Assembly (NCBI RefSeq): GCF_006345805.1
Contig: NC_043014.1
Location: 49,910,001-49,974,000 of the forward strand
DNA: 64,000 nt
From: Octopus sinensis
Taxonomy: Eukaryota
Direction: 5' to 3'
Below, in pieces: positions 11,798 to 25,211 of the stretch. A program made the position numbers and the translations under genes. Within the stretch, counting starts at the first letter, position 1. Each line of letters begins with the position of its first letter. The notes beneath the pieces are model-generated. The model was not told the origin of the DNA. It searched no databases and saw nothing but the letters and a program-made list of their open reading frames with translations.

Positions 11798-12310
11798 AAG
11801 GGTAGTGAGCTGTCAGAATTGTTAGTATGCTTGACAAAATGGTTCGAGACATTTCATCCACCTTTATGCTCTGAGCTGAAATTCCACCAAGGTGGACTTT
11901 ACCTTTCATCCTTTCACGGTATAGGCGCAGGAGTGACTGTGTGGTAAGTAGCTTGCTTACCAACCACATGGTTCCGGGTTCAATCCCACTACGTGGCACC
12001 TCGGGCAAGTGTCTTCTACTATAGCCTCGGGCTAACCAAAGCCTTGTGAGTGGATTTGGTAGACAGAAACTGAAAGAAGCCCATCGTATATATGTATGTG
12101 TGTGTATATGTTTGTGTGTCTATGTTTGTCCCCACCAACATCGCTTGACAACCGATGCTGGTGTATTTATATCCCTGTAACTTAGTGGTTCAGCAAAAGG
12201 GATTGATATAATAAGTACTAGGCTTACAAAGAATAAGTACTGGGGTCGATGTAATCTATTTACCCCCTCCCCCAAAATTCCAGGCCTTGTGCCTATAGTA
12301 GAAAGGATTG
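11780..12310 (+). mobile_element. Chimeric SINE: family 2 head, family 1 body, family 2 tail
   Basis: Family-2 5' part to about 11917, family-1 from 11923, then a switch back to a family-2-type tail at aagtactggggtcgat (about 12235-12250). Confidence 0.65.
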
Positions 12311-12776
12311 CTATTATTATTAGGGTATCCTTGTCCTTAAAAATTACCGTTTCTACTAATTATGATGGATAGTGCATGACAGCCCTTATCAAAACGATAG
12401 TGCACACCAAACCAAAAACAAACAATTTAATTACTTATTTCAATTAATTCTGACCTCTTTTCTCTTCACCAAAATCTAGAACGTAGTAGAAATATTCCAA
12501 GGGAGATAATATTTTTCTATTTGTGTACTATGACAGAAAATAAATATATATATATATATACACATATATATATGTATGTATAGAATATGGGATGATGGCA
12601 TTAAGCAGTGTGTAAAGGAAATTCGTTACCAGTTCAAATATGCTTGGGGTATATTTGAACCCGTAAGAAAACCATTTACTACTTTTTTATCGTGGGAAAA
12701 AATTCTCTTTGTAGACGGGAGTAAACACACTGAGTCAGTTCTCAGAGTTCCCAAACCAGGCTGTGGTATATATACG

Positions 12777-12828
<52 letters not shown>

Positions 12829-12874
12829 ATATATGTATGTATTTAATGTATGTATATAATATAATATATGTATG

Positions 12875-12928
<54 letters not shown>

Positions 12929-13505
12929 GTAAATATATATATATGTATACATATATATATGTATATGTATATGTATATATATATAAATTAGCTTGTTTCA
13001 GCCATAGGTCTGTGGCCCTGCTATTATATATATGCATGTTGATTGGGACTTTAATTAGCCATTAGATCTGGCTGCTCCACTCTAAATATATAAATTTGAC
13101 TGTACTTGCAGTCAGTATTGAGTACCTCCACATCACTAAATGCTCCGTTTTTTTGTTTTTTTTCTTAAACTTGCTTTGTAATGATAACCTCAACCAAACC
13201 TAGACAGGCATACTTGTGTGTGGTATACATCAGTGTTGTTGGTATGTGTATGCATGTTCGCGTGTGCGTGTAAGCGTGTGCCCCACAGCTACTGCTATTT
13301 CTAATTATAAACAAGCAGCCTACCTTCCAAGCTACCACCTTCTTCACCTTAATAGTTCGCTGTAACCCTTTCATTGTAGGCCAACGTAGAGTAGCGTAGA
13401 CGTAAGCCCCCCTACCCCCTCCCCGGTGATATTCAGGTCAAAACAGACCCAGTTCCTATCCCCAGTCGTAGCTGTTTCACTTCCTATCACATCGCAACAC
13501 TTGAT

Positions 13506-13536
<31 letters not shown>

Positions 13537-13950
13537 CGTATATATATTATTCTGTATATGTTTGAGACAAAAAGAAAACCAAAAAAAAAAAGGAAAAAAA
13601 ACTTTGTCGTCGTCATCATTGTAAAACAAGATCATTTTTCTCTTTTTCCATCTGCTAGAAACCTGAGGCCCTCGTTCTTAACTAGGAAATTATGATTATT
13701 ATTGTTGTCATTGTTATTGTCATTGTTAAGGCATGAAGGACGGTAGAAGTGTTACGGAGCTGAACTTAATGCTTTGTGGCATAGTTACATCCGCTATACA
13801 ATTTTTTCCACTGTCTTTGTTTGCAAAAGGATAGAGGCAGTGGTCAAGAACATCAAATAGTAGCGTTTTATAAATATAATATTAGGGAGTAAATCCAAAC
13901 TTACAGGGAAAAAATTAGATTTAGGATTAAATCTAATTTTACAGTATAAA

Positions 13951-14077
13951 TATATATATATTAAATTAGAGATAAAACCACTATTAGGCAAATCAAACGG
14001 TGAAATTGTATTGGTTTATGTTTTTCACTGTTTGATTTGCCTAATAGTGGTTTTATCTCTAATTTAATATATATATG
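13951..14077. repeat. Near-perfect foldback in a (TA)n tract
   Basis: ttaaattagagataaaaccactattaggcaaatcaaacggtgaaa, a 17-nt loop, then its reverse complement with a single G:T position. Confidence 0.9.
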
Positions 14078-14234
14078 TATATATATATATACATACATAC
14101 ACACATATACGTATGTATATATATATATATGTAATATACTTTGGAGTTGCGCATGAGGTGTGTGTCTGTGTGTGTATATATATATGTTTGTACGGAATTA
14201 TATACATATATATATGTGCATATATGTATATGCA

Positions 14235-14268
<34 letters not shown>

Positions 14269-15498
14269 TGGCAGAATGTCACAACTTGTCGACCGTCTGA
14301 CACAAAGCACTTCATGGAATTTAGCTGCTTTCTCCCTGGAGTTCTGAGTTCAATCTCGACTGAGGCTGATTTTTAACTTCTGATCGTTCCCAGAGTCGAT
14401 GAAATACCAGTCACCACATCCTGGGGCCTGATGCAAAAAAAAAAAAAAAAATTTGACTAAACCCTCTTTCTGTCTGTGGGGAAAAAAGTTGGTGACTTTG
14501 TGCCAATGTTAAATAATAACGATGATAAAAATAATAATAATAATAATAATAATAATAATTCTCTGCTACAGGCAGAAGGCCTAAAGTTTTGGGTGGAGGA
14601 GGTTAGTTGAACGTTGACACCCCCATTCTTCAACTGGTACTTTTATTTGATCGACCCTGGAAGAATGAAATGCTAAGTCGACCTCGGCAATATTTGAACT
14701 CAGAACATGAAACAGCTGCTAAGCATTTTGTCCGGTGTGATAACGATTCTGCCAGCGCGCCACCTTAACGATGATAATAATAATAATAATAATAATAATA
14801 TTAATATTATTATGGTTAATGTTGACAGCCCAATCTAATGAGGAGAGAGCTGTGTTTTAATCCGACTTTCACTGTACCACACCACCACATCATAACTTCC
14901 AGAGGCAAAAATTTCTTAGCGGGATCACATCACGGTCACATCCACTTCCCTCCTCCAACACCTTCCTGCCTCCCCCACTTCTCTCCGCACTCCCGCACTG
15001 CACCGTGCCCATCCCAACCCCCCTAAACACACACACTTCAGACACAAAAAAAAATGTTTAAAAAAAAAAAAAAGAGAGAAAAAAAGACAGAACGTCTTTT
15101 TTTTTTTTTCTAATGGAAAAAGAAGAGAAAAAAAAACCACACACAAATAACAATTTCTGCCTCTTTTTTTTTTTTTTTTTGTAATTTTATTATTTTTTTT
15201 TTCCATTACCCCCCTTCTGACCCCTTTCTCATGTTTTTTTTTTTTTTTAATTTACCCCTCCCCCACTCATATGTATGCTATGGAGACTTTGAAGAGAGAG
15301 AGAGAGAGAAAAAAAAAAGTACAGCAGAACGTCAAAATAAAATGGACTATGTTTTTTTTTCTATGTACACATTGTGAAATGTTTCCTTTCATTATTTTTT
15401 CAACTTGTCTTTTGTAAATGCTAATTCCTTCACTTCTTGTTTTATATAAAAAAGAAACATTTCTTTTGTTACTCATTCTTTAAAAGAAGAAAAATACA

Positions 15499-15548
<50 letters not shown>

Positions 15549-15605
15549 ATAAAAGTATGTGGTTATATATGTGTATTTATATATATATACATGTGAATGT
15601 GTTTG

Positions 15606-15638
<33 letters not shown>

Positions 15639-15644
15639 TCACCC

Positions 15645-15687
<43 letters not shown>

Positions 15688-15763
15688 TAATTCACTGCAG
15701 TGAATTATTTATGCAGTATATATATGTATATATATATATACATATATATATACATATATATAC

Positions 15764-15800
<37 letters not shown>

Positions 15801-15923
15801 ATATATATATAGTTCACTGCAGTGAATTATTTATGTAGTATATATATGTATATATATTATTAGTGTGTGTATGTATGTATACATATTATTAGTGTGTGTA
15901 CGTGTGCATACATACATATAAAT

Positions 15924-15969
<46 letters not shown>

Positions 15970-15997
15970 CACACAAACATGTGTATGATGTATAGAT

Positions 15998-16034
<37 letters not shown>

Positions 16035-16168
16035 GATAATGGCTGTGTCAATTCCTAAACAATGTATTGTTTTTCTATATAACTTAAAATTTTAAAAAAA
16101 TAACTGGTTTTTACACACATACACACACAGAATACACATTCACATGAATATGGAGATATCTGTATTAT

Positions 16169-16199
<31 letters not shown>

Positions 16200-16403
16200 A
16201 TGATATATGTATATGTAAGAATAGCATTCGTGAAACCACTTACAAACTCTTACGATATATATTAATGTATTTGTATGTGTGTGTGTAAACATATACAAAT
16301 AAATATATATACACACATGTACACACACATACACACCTACCCATATATATATATAATGGATAAAAGCATAAATATACATATATGAAATTATACATGCACA
16401 CAT

Positions 16404-16450
<47 letters not shown>

Positions 16451-16510
16451 TATATATATAAATATATATATACACACACGCACACACACATATACATACA
16501 TGCAAACATA

Positions 16511-16564
<54 letters not shown>

Positions 16565-17500
16565 GTATATATATATGTATATATATATATGTATATATAT
16601 ATATATGTATATATATATATTTGTACATGCCTTCTCTCAGCAATGATTTTATTTGTGTTTATATATAAGGTAATTTATAAATGAGTCGAGTTATCATCTG
16701 CAAAAATACATGACTCTGCATCATTAACTACACACCTGTGCTATACCTGGAGGCAAAATTTGTTTCATTGAAGAGGAAAAAAAAATGAAATATCTTTAAT
16801 AAAAATATAATAATGAAATAACAGTATTGAACTTTAAAACATTGTGAATAACCAAAACAAGTGGTGTGTATATATGTATATGTAAATATATACATACACA
16901 CAGTGTTATAGATCCATCAGAGCCGATCTTACCAATCAGTTTTGCACAGGGCATTAAAACCAGGTGTTAGATAATAGCATGGTTAAGTAATACCGTGTAC
17001 TCTTCAGAGATGGCAGGTATGGAAAAAATGTGGCAACTCTCTAACATCTGGTTTTAGTACTGAGTGCAAAGTTGATTGGCAAGATCAGCTGTAATGGCTC
17101 TATAATACTGTATACTGTGATTAATATACCCAATCTATTGACAAATATATAAGAGCATCTTTTTTCTGACTTACGGGTTCTTAGACCACTATGTATATAT
17201 ATATTATATATGAAATGTAGTTTCACAGACATTGGGTTCCACAGAAAACGTCATAAATGGTGCTTGACTATCGGCAAATGTGAGAAACGTGATAAAAAGC
17301 TGAAGGAATAAATTTCAGATACATCGTACAAAGAACATACGTCTATGTTTACCTCGACAGTTCTCTGCTGCAAAGACCATGTTTCACTTCATGATTTGAC
17401 TTCATCACATGGAAAGGTAGTGTCCTGAATGCAAATTATGCATAACAGTTGAGTATAGTAGTGTTATGTGTAGCCAAGACAATCTCCTGAATTGAATTAA

Positions 17501-17805
17501 CTAGCGGTATCGCCCGGCGTTGCTCGGGTTTGTAAGGGAAATAACTATATAAGCATTATTAGAGAGTTACTTCCCTTATATAACCCGAGCAAAAATCAAT
17601 AAAAATGCGGAAAAATGATGGTAAATTTTTTTTTAAATTGTACACTCGTCGTAGACGTGCGCTAATACCCAGAAGGGCTCGATATGAATCATGACTATAA
17701 GATACCTGCTTTTGGTTAAACTGCACCGCAAAATGTGGGAGTAGTTTGGAATCTAAATCGGAGTAGACAGACACACACACATAACTTTAGTTTTATATAT
17801 AAAGA
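17501..17805 (-). mobile_element. Non-autonomous Helitron-like element
   Basis: Minus strand starts A|TC and ends cccgagcaacgccgggcgataccgCTAG|T. Confidence 0.8.
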
Positions 17806-18405
17806 TTGGTCTGGTCCTGTACAGTGTAACGAGATGGAAAAGGAAGAATTTCTAATCCACTTAACTCTGGGTACATTTCAAATGAGTTGGTGTGACTGCG
17901 TGGTAAGATGTTTGCTTCTCAACTACATGGTACTGGTACTTCTATAGTTTGTGGCTGACCAAAACCTTGTGGATCTAATAAATATACATGTGCATGTGTA
18001 TTTATACACATACATTTGTGTATGTGTGTGTGTGTATATATATATATATATAGCAAATAAGAAAATGGAGGAGAACAATAGGTGGTTCATCAACTTTTGG
18101 ACATTAAAATGTTAACTTATTTATTTATTAAACTGATAATTATGATAACATACATATATGTATACATGTGTGTGTGTGTATACTTGATTTAGAAACTTTG
18201 AGAATGTGAAATAATTCTTTTTAGGAACAGTGAATCTCAAAGGAAATATTGGAGTTAAAATCCTTTTGGATACATAAATATATATACCTATATGTATATA
18301 TTTATATCTATATATATATGTGTGTTTGTGTGTGTTTTCTACAATTATTTAGTAAGCAGTGCCGATTTTACAAATCTGTGAATAATAATATTTTATGATC
18401 TTATG

Positions 18406-18569
18406 AGTGATCACCATGCATTGACTAAAGCAGATAGTCTAATATTGGGGCAGATAAGCCCTTGAAGTAAAAATGTAGGGTTTGTGTACAACAAACCCTA
18501 CTTTATAAAATTGAGGGCTTATGTGCCCCAATATTTGACTATCAACGTCAGTCGATGCACAGTGATTAC
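18406..18569. repeat. Imperfect ~165-bp foldback
   Basis: Paired arms include aatattggggca/tgccccaatatt, ataagccct/agggcttat and gtagggtttg/caaaccctac. Confidence 0.75.
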
Positions 18570-19073
18570 TTAGAAGCTTTAAGCTTATGAAATATTATTA
18601 TTTACAAATATATATATATATATATAATATACTTTATATGTGCGTTAACAAGGCTACCATTGGTTTTCATCATCATCATCGTTTGACGTCCGCTTTCCAT
18701 GCTAGCATGGGTTGGACGGTTCGGCTGGAGTCTGGGAAGCCAGGAGGCTGCACCAGGCCCAGTCTGATCTGACAGTGTTTCTACAGCTGGATGTCCTTCC
18801 TAACGCCAAACATTCCATGAGTGTAGTGGGTGCTTTTTATGTGCCAGACGAGGCTGGCAACGGCTACGGTCGGTTAGTGCCTTTTACGTGCCAGTGGCAC
18901 GGAGGCCAGTCGGGGTGGCACTGGCAACGGCCACGTTCGGATGGTTCCTTTACGTGCCACCGGCACTGGTATCACAACTACAATTTACAATTAAAGAGGA
19001 AAATTTCTCAGCAATTATCAAAAGCCTGTCAGTGAGATGTTGGTACTCTTCTTTATCTTGGATGAGAATATGC

Positions 19074-19106
<33 letters not shown>

Positions 19107-19539
19107 TTGTGTTTTGTATTCATTGCTATATGCATGTGAGACCTGGCTTACTTATCAGAGACATACAGAAAGACTGGAGAGGTTTCACTAACAGTGTCTC
19201 TGCTTTATGCTGGGTACCCGATGGCAAATGTCTGTAAGTAATGTTGGTGTCCTCACATTCTGTCAGTCTACCAATATAGAATCCCTTGTACTTTAACACT
19301 GATTATTATAGAATGGTCATGAGATCCCCTCTCGGAGTGGTTGGCGTTAGGAAGGGCATCCAGCTGTAGAAACACTGCCAGATCAAGATTGGAGCCTGGT
19401 GCAGCCATCTGGTTTGCCAGACCTCAGTCAAAATCATCCAATCCATGCTAGCATGGAAAGCAGACGTTAAACGATGATGATGAATTAGAAAAAAATTTTC
19501 CATGTATAGAAGCAAAACCTGGAATCGAAGGGCCTTAAA

Positions 19540-21270
19540 AGTTGATTAGCAAAAACCAAAGTTTTCATAAGCAAAAAAACAAAAACAAAAACAAAACAGA
19601 CAGAACTCTATTCCTTCAGGAAAATGGTCCTGCTTGGTATGCAGGAAAGGTGTAGGCAAGAATTCTGTATGGTGTCTCCAGTGCAAATTTTGGACTCTGA
19701 AGAGGTGCAGCGGAATCACAGGAAGGTTAATGGAGAAAGCAGTATTTGTATGTGGAAGATGTGCAGGAGCAATTAACACAAGCCCACATGGAGAATAGAT
19801 CTTATCAAGTGTGTAGGAGGATCTTTAGAAGAAATAGCTAGTTTCCGTTACCTGGGTGACCTAATTAGCAGTGGAGGTGGTGGTTTTGAAAGTACAGTTG
19901 CTAGAACAGAATTGACAAATAGAATAAGAATAAGGTGGTGAGCTGGAAGAAACGTTAGCACACCTGGCGAAATGCTTTGCGGTATTTCGTCTGCTGTTAT
20001 GTTCTGAGTTCAAATTTCGCCAAAGTCAACTTTGCCTTTCATCCTTTCGGGGTCGATTGAATAAGTACCACTTACGCACTGGGGGTGGGGGTGGGGGTGG
20101 GGGAGTGATGTAATCGACTTAATCCCTTTGTCCTTGTTTGTCCTCTCTGTGTTTAGCCCCTTGTGGGTAGTAAAGAAATAGGTATTTTGTCTGCTGCTAT
20201 GTTCTGAGTTCAAACTCCGCCAAGGTCATCCTTTCGGAGTCGATAAATTAAGTACCAGTTACGCACTGGGGTCGATATAATTGACTTAATCTGTTTGTCC
20301 TCCCTGTGTTTAGCCCCTTGTGGGTAGTAAAGAAATAGGTATTTTGTCTGCTGTTATGTTCTGAGTTCAAATTCCACCAAGGTCATCCTTTCAGGGTCGA
20401 TAAATTAAGTACCAGTTACACACTGGGGGTCGATGTAATCGACTTAATCCCTTTGGCTATCCTTGTTTGTCCCTTCTATGTTTAGCCCCTTGTGGGCAAT
20501 AAAGAAATCAGAATAAGAATTGACCAGAGAAAAATTCAGCCAGCTTTTTTACCTCAATTAATAATGAAAAGTCTCCCTCACACTGAAAAGCAGATTGTGG
20601 ATGGAAGCACTCCGTCGGTTACGACGACGAGGGTTCCGGTTGATCCAATCAACAGAACAGCCTGCTCGTGAAATTAACGTGTAAGTGGCTGAGCACTCCA
20701 CAGACACGTGTACCCTTAACGTAGTTCTCAGGGATATTCAGCGTGACACAGAGAGTGACAAGGCCGGCCCTTTGAAATACAGGTACAACAGAAACAGGAA
20801 GTAAGAGTGAGAGAAAGTTGTGGTGAAAGAGTACAGCAGGGATCACCACCACCCCCTGCCGGAGCCTCGTGGAGCTTTAGGTGTTTACGCTCAATAAACA
20901 CTCACAATGCTCGGTCTGGGAATCGAAACCGCGATCCTACGACCGCGAGTCTGCTGCCCTAACCACTGGGCCATTGCGCCTCCACAAAGCAGATTGTGTG
21001 ATTCTTCTGTATGAACATCAATGCTGCATGGTTGTAAAAGGTGGGCCCAGAATGCAGAAGAGTTGTGAAGACTAGAAAGAAATGAAATAAGCATGTTCTG
21101 TTGGATATGCAGCGTCAGTGGGCATAAGTGATGAAGTACAAATGTGACAAGTGACAAAACTAGGCAGAAGAGGAATCAGAGATGATGTACAAGACAGAAG
21201 AACACTGCAATGTGGACGGAGAGGAGGTCAGCTGTATAAAGAAAGTGATGGTCACTTAATGTGGATTGAG
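19540..21270 (+). mobile_element. Old RTE LINE ORF2 fragment interrupted by two SINE insertions
   Basis: Degenerate GKWSCLVCRKGVGKNSVWCLQCK...CSGI...FVCGRC (Cys-rich finger), FRYLGDLISSGGG (end of RT domain), then MLHG...LERNEISMFCWIC. Split by a family-2 SINE (TSD agaataagaat at 19921 and 20510) and a family-4-like SINE. Confidence 0.7.
20600..20985 (-). mobile_element. tRNA-derived SINE (family 4-related head, different body)
   Basis: Minus-strand head gtggaggcgcaatggcccagtggttagggcagcagactcgcgg...tttcgattccc. 13-bp TSD aaagcagattgtg at 20587-20599 and 20986-20998. Confidence 0.85.
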
Positions 21271-21733
21271 CTTACGGAAGACATTTATTATTTTTTTTAT
21301 TATAGTCTAAATGGTGACGTTGGTCAATTAACAATTAACAGCCAAGCAAGAAGGGGTCAGTTTTGATGATAGCAATAACAACAAACAACTTGTACTCTGC
21401 TGGTTAGGATGAAAAGTGTTCCAGTTGATCCAATCAAATGGCTGAGTACTCCACAGACACACATAGTCATAATATAGTACTCAGGGAGATTCAGCATGAC
21501 ACAGAATGTGACAAGGTTGGCCCTTTGAAATACAGGTACTACTCGCTTTTGCCAGCTGAGTGGACTAATGCAACATGAAATAAAGTGTCTTGTTTAAGGA
21601 CACAATGCACCACCTGGAATCGAACTCAACCTTTTGACAATGAGCCAAATACCCTCTCTACTGAGCCATGCATTTAACAAAACAGATAAAAAAAAAATAG
21701 AGAATGTTGTATGTTAACTACCAACATATTGTA

Positions 21734-22255
21734 GGCGCAGCAGTGGCTGTGTGGTAAGTAGCTTGCTAACCAACCACATGGTTCCGGGTTCAGTCCCACT
21801 GCGTGGCATCTTGGGTAAGTGTCTTCTGCTATAGCCCCGGGCTGACCAATGCCTTGTGAGTGGATTTGGTAGACAGAAACTGAAAGAAGCCTGTCGTATA
21901 TATGTATATATATATATATGTATGTGTGTGTTTGTGTGTCTGTGTTAGTCCCCCTAGCATTGCTTGACAACCGATGCTGGTGTGTTTACGTCCCCGTCAC
22001 TTAGCGGTTCGGCAGAAGAGACCGATAGAATAAGTACTGGGCTTACAAAGAATAAGTTCCGGGGTTGATTTGCTCGACTAAAGGCGGTGCTCTAGCATGG
22101 CCACAGTTAAATGACTGAAACAAGTAAAAGAGACCGATAGAATAGGTACTAGGCTTACAAAGAATAAGTTCCGGGGTTGATTTGCTCAACTAAAGGTGGT
22201 GCTCCAGCATGGCCACAGTCAAATGGCTGAAACAAATAAAAGAGTAAAAGAGTAT
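21734..22255 (+). mobile_element. SINE family 1 (tRNA-like head, internal (TA)/(TG) tract, gtaaaaga tail)
   Basis: ggcgcag.agtggctgtgtggtaagtagcttgc...ggttcagtccc head. Copies at about 23345-23745(+), 24826-25198(-), 32081-32480(+), 40980-41080(+), 41348-41868(-), 43513-43890(-), 51055-51420(-), 51671-52060(+), 61520-61682(+). Confidence 0.88.
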
Positions 22256-23263
22256 ATTCACTCTCATTCCTCACTTTCACTTTCTCCTTTATATATACAT
22301 AAATATATACACATACATAAGCATGTGTATGTTGACTGTGATTCCAATCAGGATGTCTGAGAAAGTGAATGAATGTCAATGTTATTATATAAGTCGCTTA
22401 TATTGCATTTTTTTTTTTTAATATGGAAAAAAATGACGTCTGTTTACATCAGTTTGGCTTCTCTTTCCCTCAATTAAATTAATTGAGGAGTGGTTGTGTT
22501 GTAAGTAGCTTGCTTACCAACCACTTGATCTCGGGTTCAGTCCCACTGTGTGGCACCTTGGGCAAGTGTCTCCTGCTATAGTCTCAGGTCGACCAAAACA
22601 CTTGTGAGTGGATTTGGTAGATGGAAACTGAAAGAAGCCCGTCATCATCATCATCATCATTGTCGTTTAATGTCTGCTTTCCATGATGGTATGGGTTGGA
22701 CAGTTTGACTGAGGACTGTTGAGCTAGAAGGCTGCACCAGGCTCCAATCTGATCTGGCAAAGTTTCTACAGCTGGATGCCCTTCCTAATGCCAACCATTC
22801 CAAGAGTGTAGTGGGTGCTTTTACATGCCACCAGCACAAGGGTCAGTCAGGCGGTTCTAGCATCGCCCACACTCAAAAGGGGTTTTTTATGTACTACTGG
22901 CATGGGAGCCAGTCCGAGGCACTGGCAACGACCATGCTTGAATGTTGTTTTTTACATGCCACCGGCACATGTTCCAGTAAGGCGACGCTGGCAATGATCA
23001 TGCTCGAATGGTGTTTTTTATGTGCCACCAGATAGGGAATATTTATGTTTGTGTGTCTGTATTTGTCCCCGCACCATTTCTTGACAACCAATGTTGGTGT
23101 GTTTATGTCCCTGTAACTTAGCAGTTCGGCAAAAGAGACTGATAGAATAAATACTAGGCTTACAAATAATAAGTCCTGGGGTTGATTTGTTCAACTAAAG
23201 GTGGTGCTCCAGCATGGCTGCAATCAAATGACTGAAACAAATAAAAGAGTAAAAAATTATATG

Positions 23264-23325
23264 CATATTGGTAAGTATCCCCGCCTGTCACCTGGGAGAG
23301 CAGGGTTCGATTTCCTGCCGGGGAG
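23264..23325 (+). pseudogene. tRNA-Asp(GTC)-derived fragment, 5' truncated
   Basis: tggtaagtatccccgcctgtcacctgggagagcagggttcgatttcctgccgggagg matches the 3' two-thirds of eukaryotic tRNA-Asp. The 5' acceptor strand is missing and the anticodon stem is mismatched. Confidence 0.7.
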
Positions 23326-23776
23326 GCTTCCATATATTTTTGGGTGTAGGAGTGGCTGTGTGGTAAGTAGCTTGCTTACAAACCACATGGTTCCAGGTTC
23401 AGTTCCACAGCATGCCACCTTGGGCAAGTGGCTTCTACTATAGCTTCGTGCTGACCAAAGCCTTGTGAGTGGATTTGGAAGACAGAAACTGAAAGAATCC
23501 CGTCGTATATATGTATGTATATATATATATATGTGTGTGTGTTTGTGTGTCTGTATTTATCCCCCCAACATCACTTGACAACCAATGCTGGTGTGTTTAC
23601 ATCCACGTAACTTAGTGGTTTGGCAAAAAAAACCGATAGAATAAGTACTAGGCTTACAAAGAATAAGTCCTGGGGTCGATTGGCTCGACTAAAGGCGGTG
23701 CTTCAGCATGGCCACAGTCAAATGACTGAAACAAGTAAAAGAGTATATATGTATATGCACATACATATGCATATAT

Positions 23777-23812
<36 letters not shown>

Positions 23813-24137
23813 GTGCATATACATGCATTGTGGTGTCTGAAGTTATTTGAATGAACCAGCGCAACATGAAACTTACAAAGTAACTTTTAGTATTTATGAT
23901 ATAAAAAGTGTTTTGATTCACTCGACATTTCATGTGGAGATCTCTGTCAGATAATGGTTTAATCAAAGCATAACCTGTGTAATATAATGTCACAGACATT
24001 AAGCAATAATGCAGTATATATAAATGTGTGTGTGTGTGTATGTTTGTCATTGTTATCTGAAGACTTTGGAATTGAAGCAAGTAAAAAATATGGAAATTTC
24101 TTGTCAACCAAAAAACCTCATTATAAACCATAAAGAA

Positions 24138-24765
<628 letters not shown>

Positions 24766-25211
24766 TTCTGCATTTTCAACAAACAAGTAAACAAATATTC
24801 ATCCACATTGTCATAATAAATGTATACTCTTTTACTTGTTTCAGTCATGTGACTGTGGCCATGCTGGAGCACTGCCTTTAAGTCAAGCAAATCAACCCCA
24901 GGACTTATTCTTTGTAAGCCTCGTACTTATTCTATCGGTCTCTTTTGCCAAACCGCTAAGTTATGGGGACGTAAACACACCAGCATCGGTTGTCAAGCGA
25001 TGTTGGGGTGACAAACACAGACACACAAAGATATATACGACGGGCTTCTTTCAGTTTCCATCTACCAAATCCACTCACAAGGCTTTGGTTGGCTCGAGCT
25101 ATAGTAGAAGACATTTGCCCAAGATGCCACGCAGTGGGACTGAACCCGGAACCATGTGGTTGGTAAGCAAGCTACTTACCACACAGCCATTCCTGCACCT
25201 ATGTATATATA

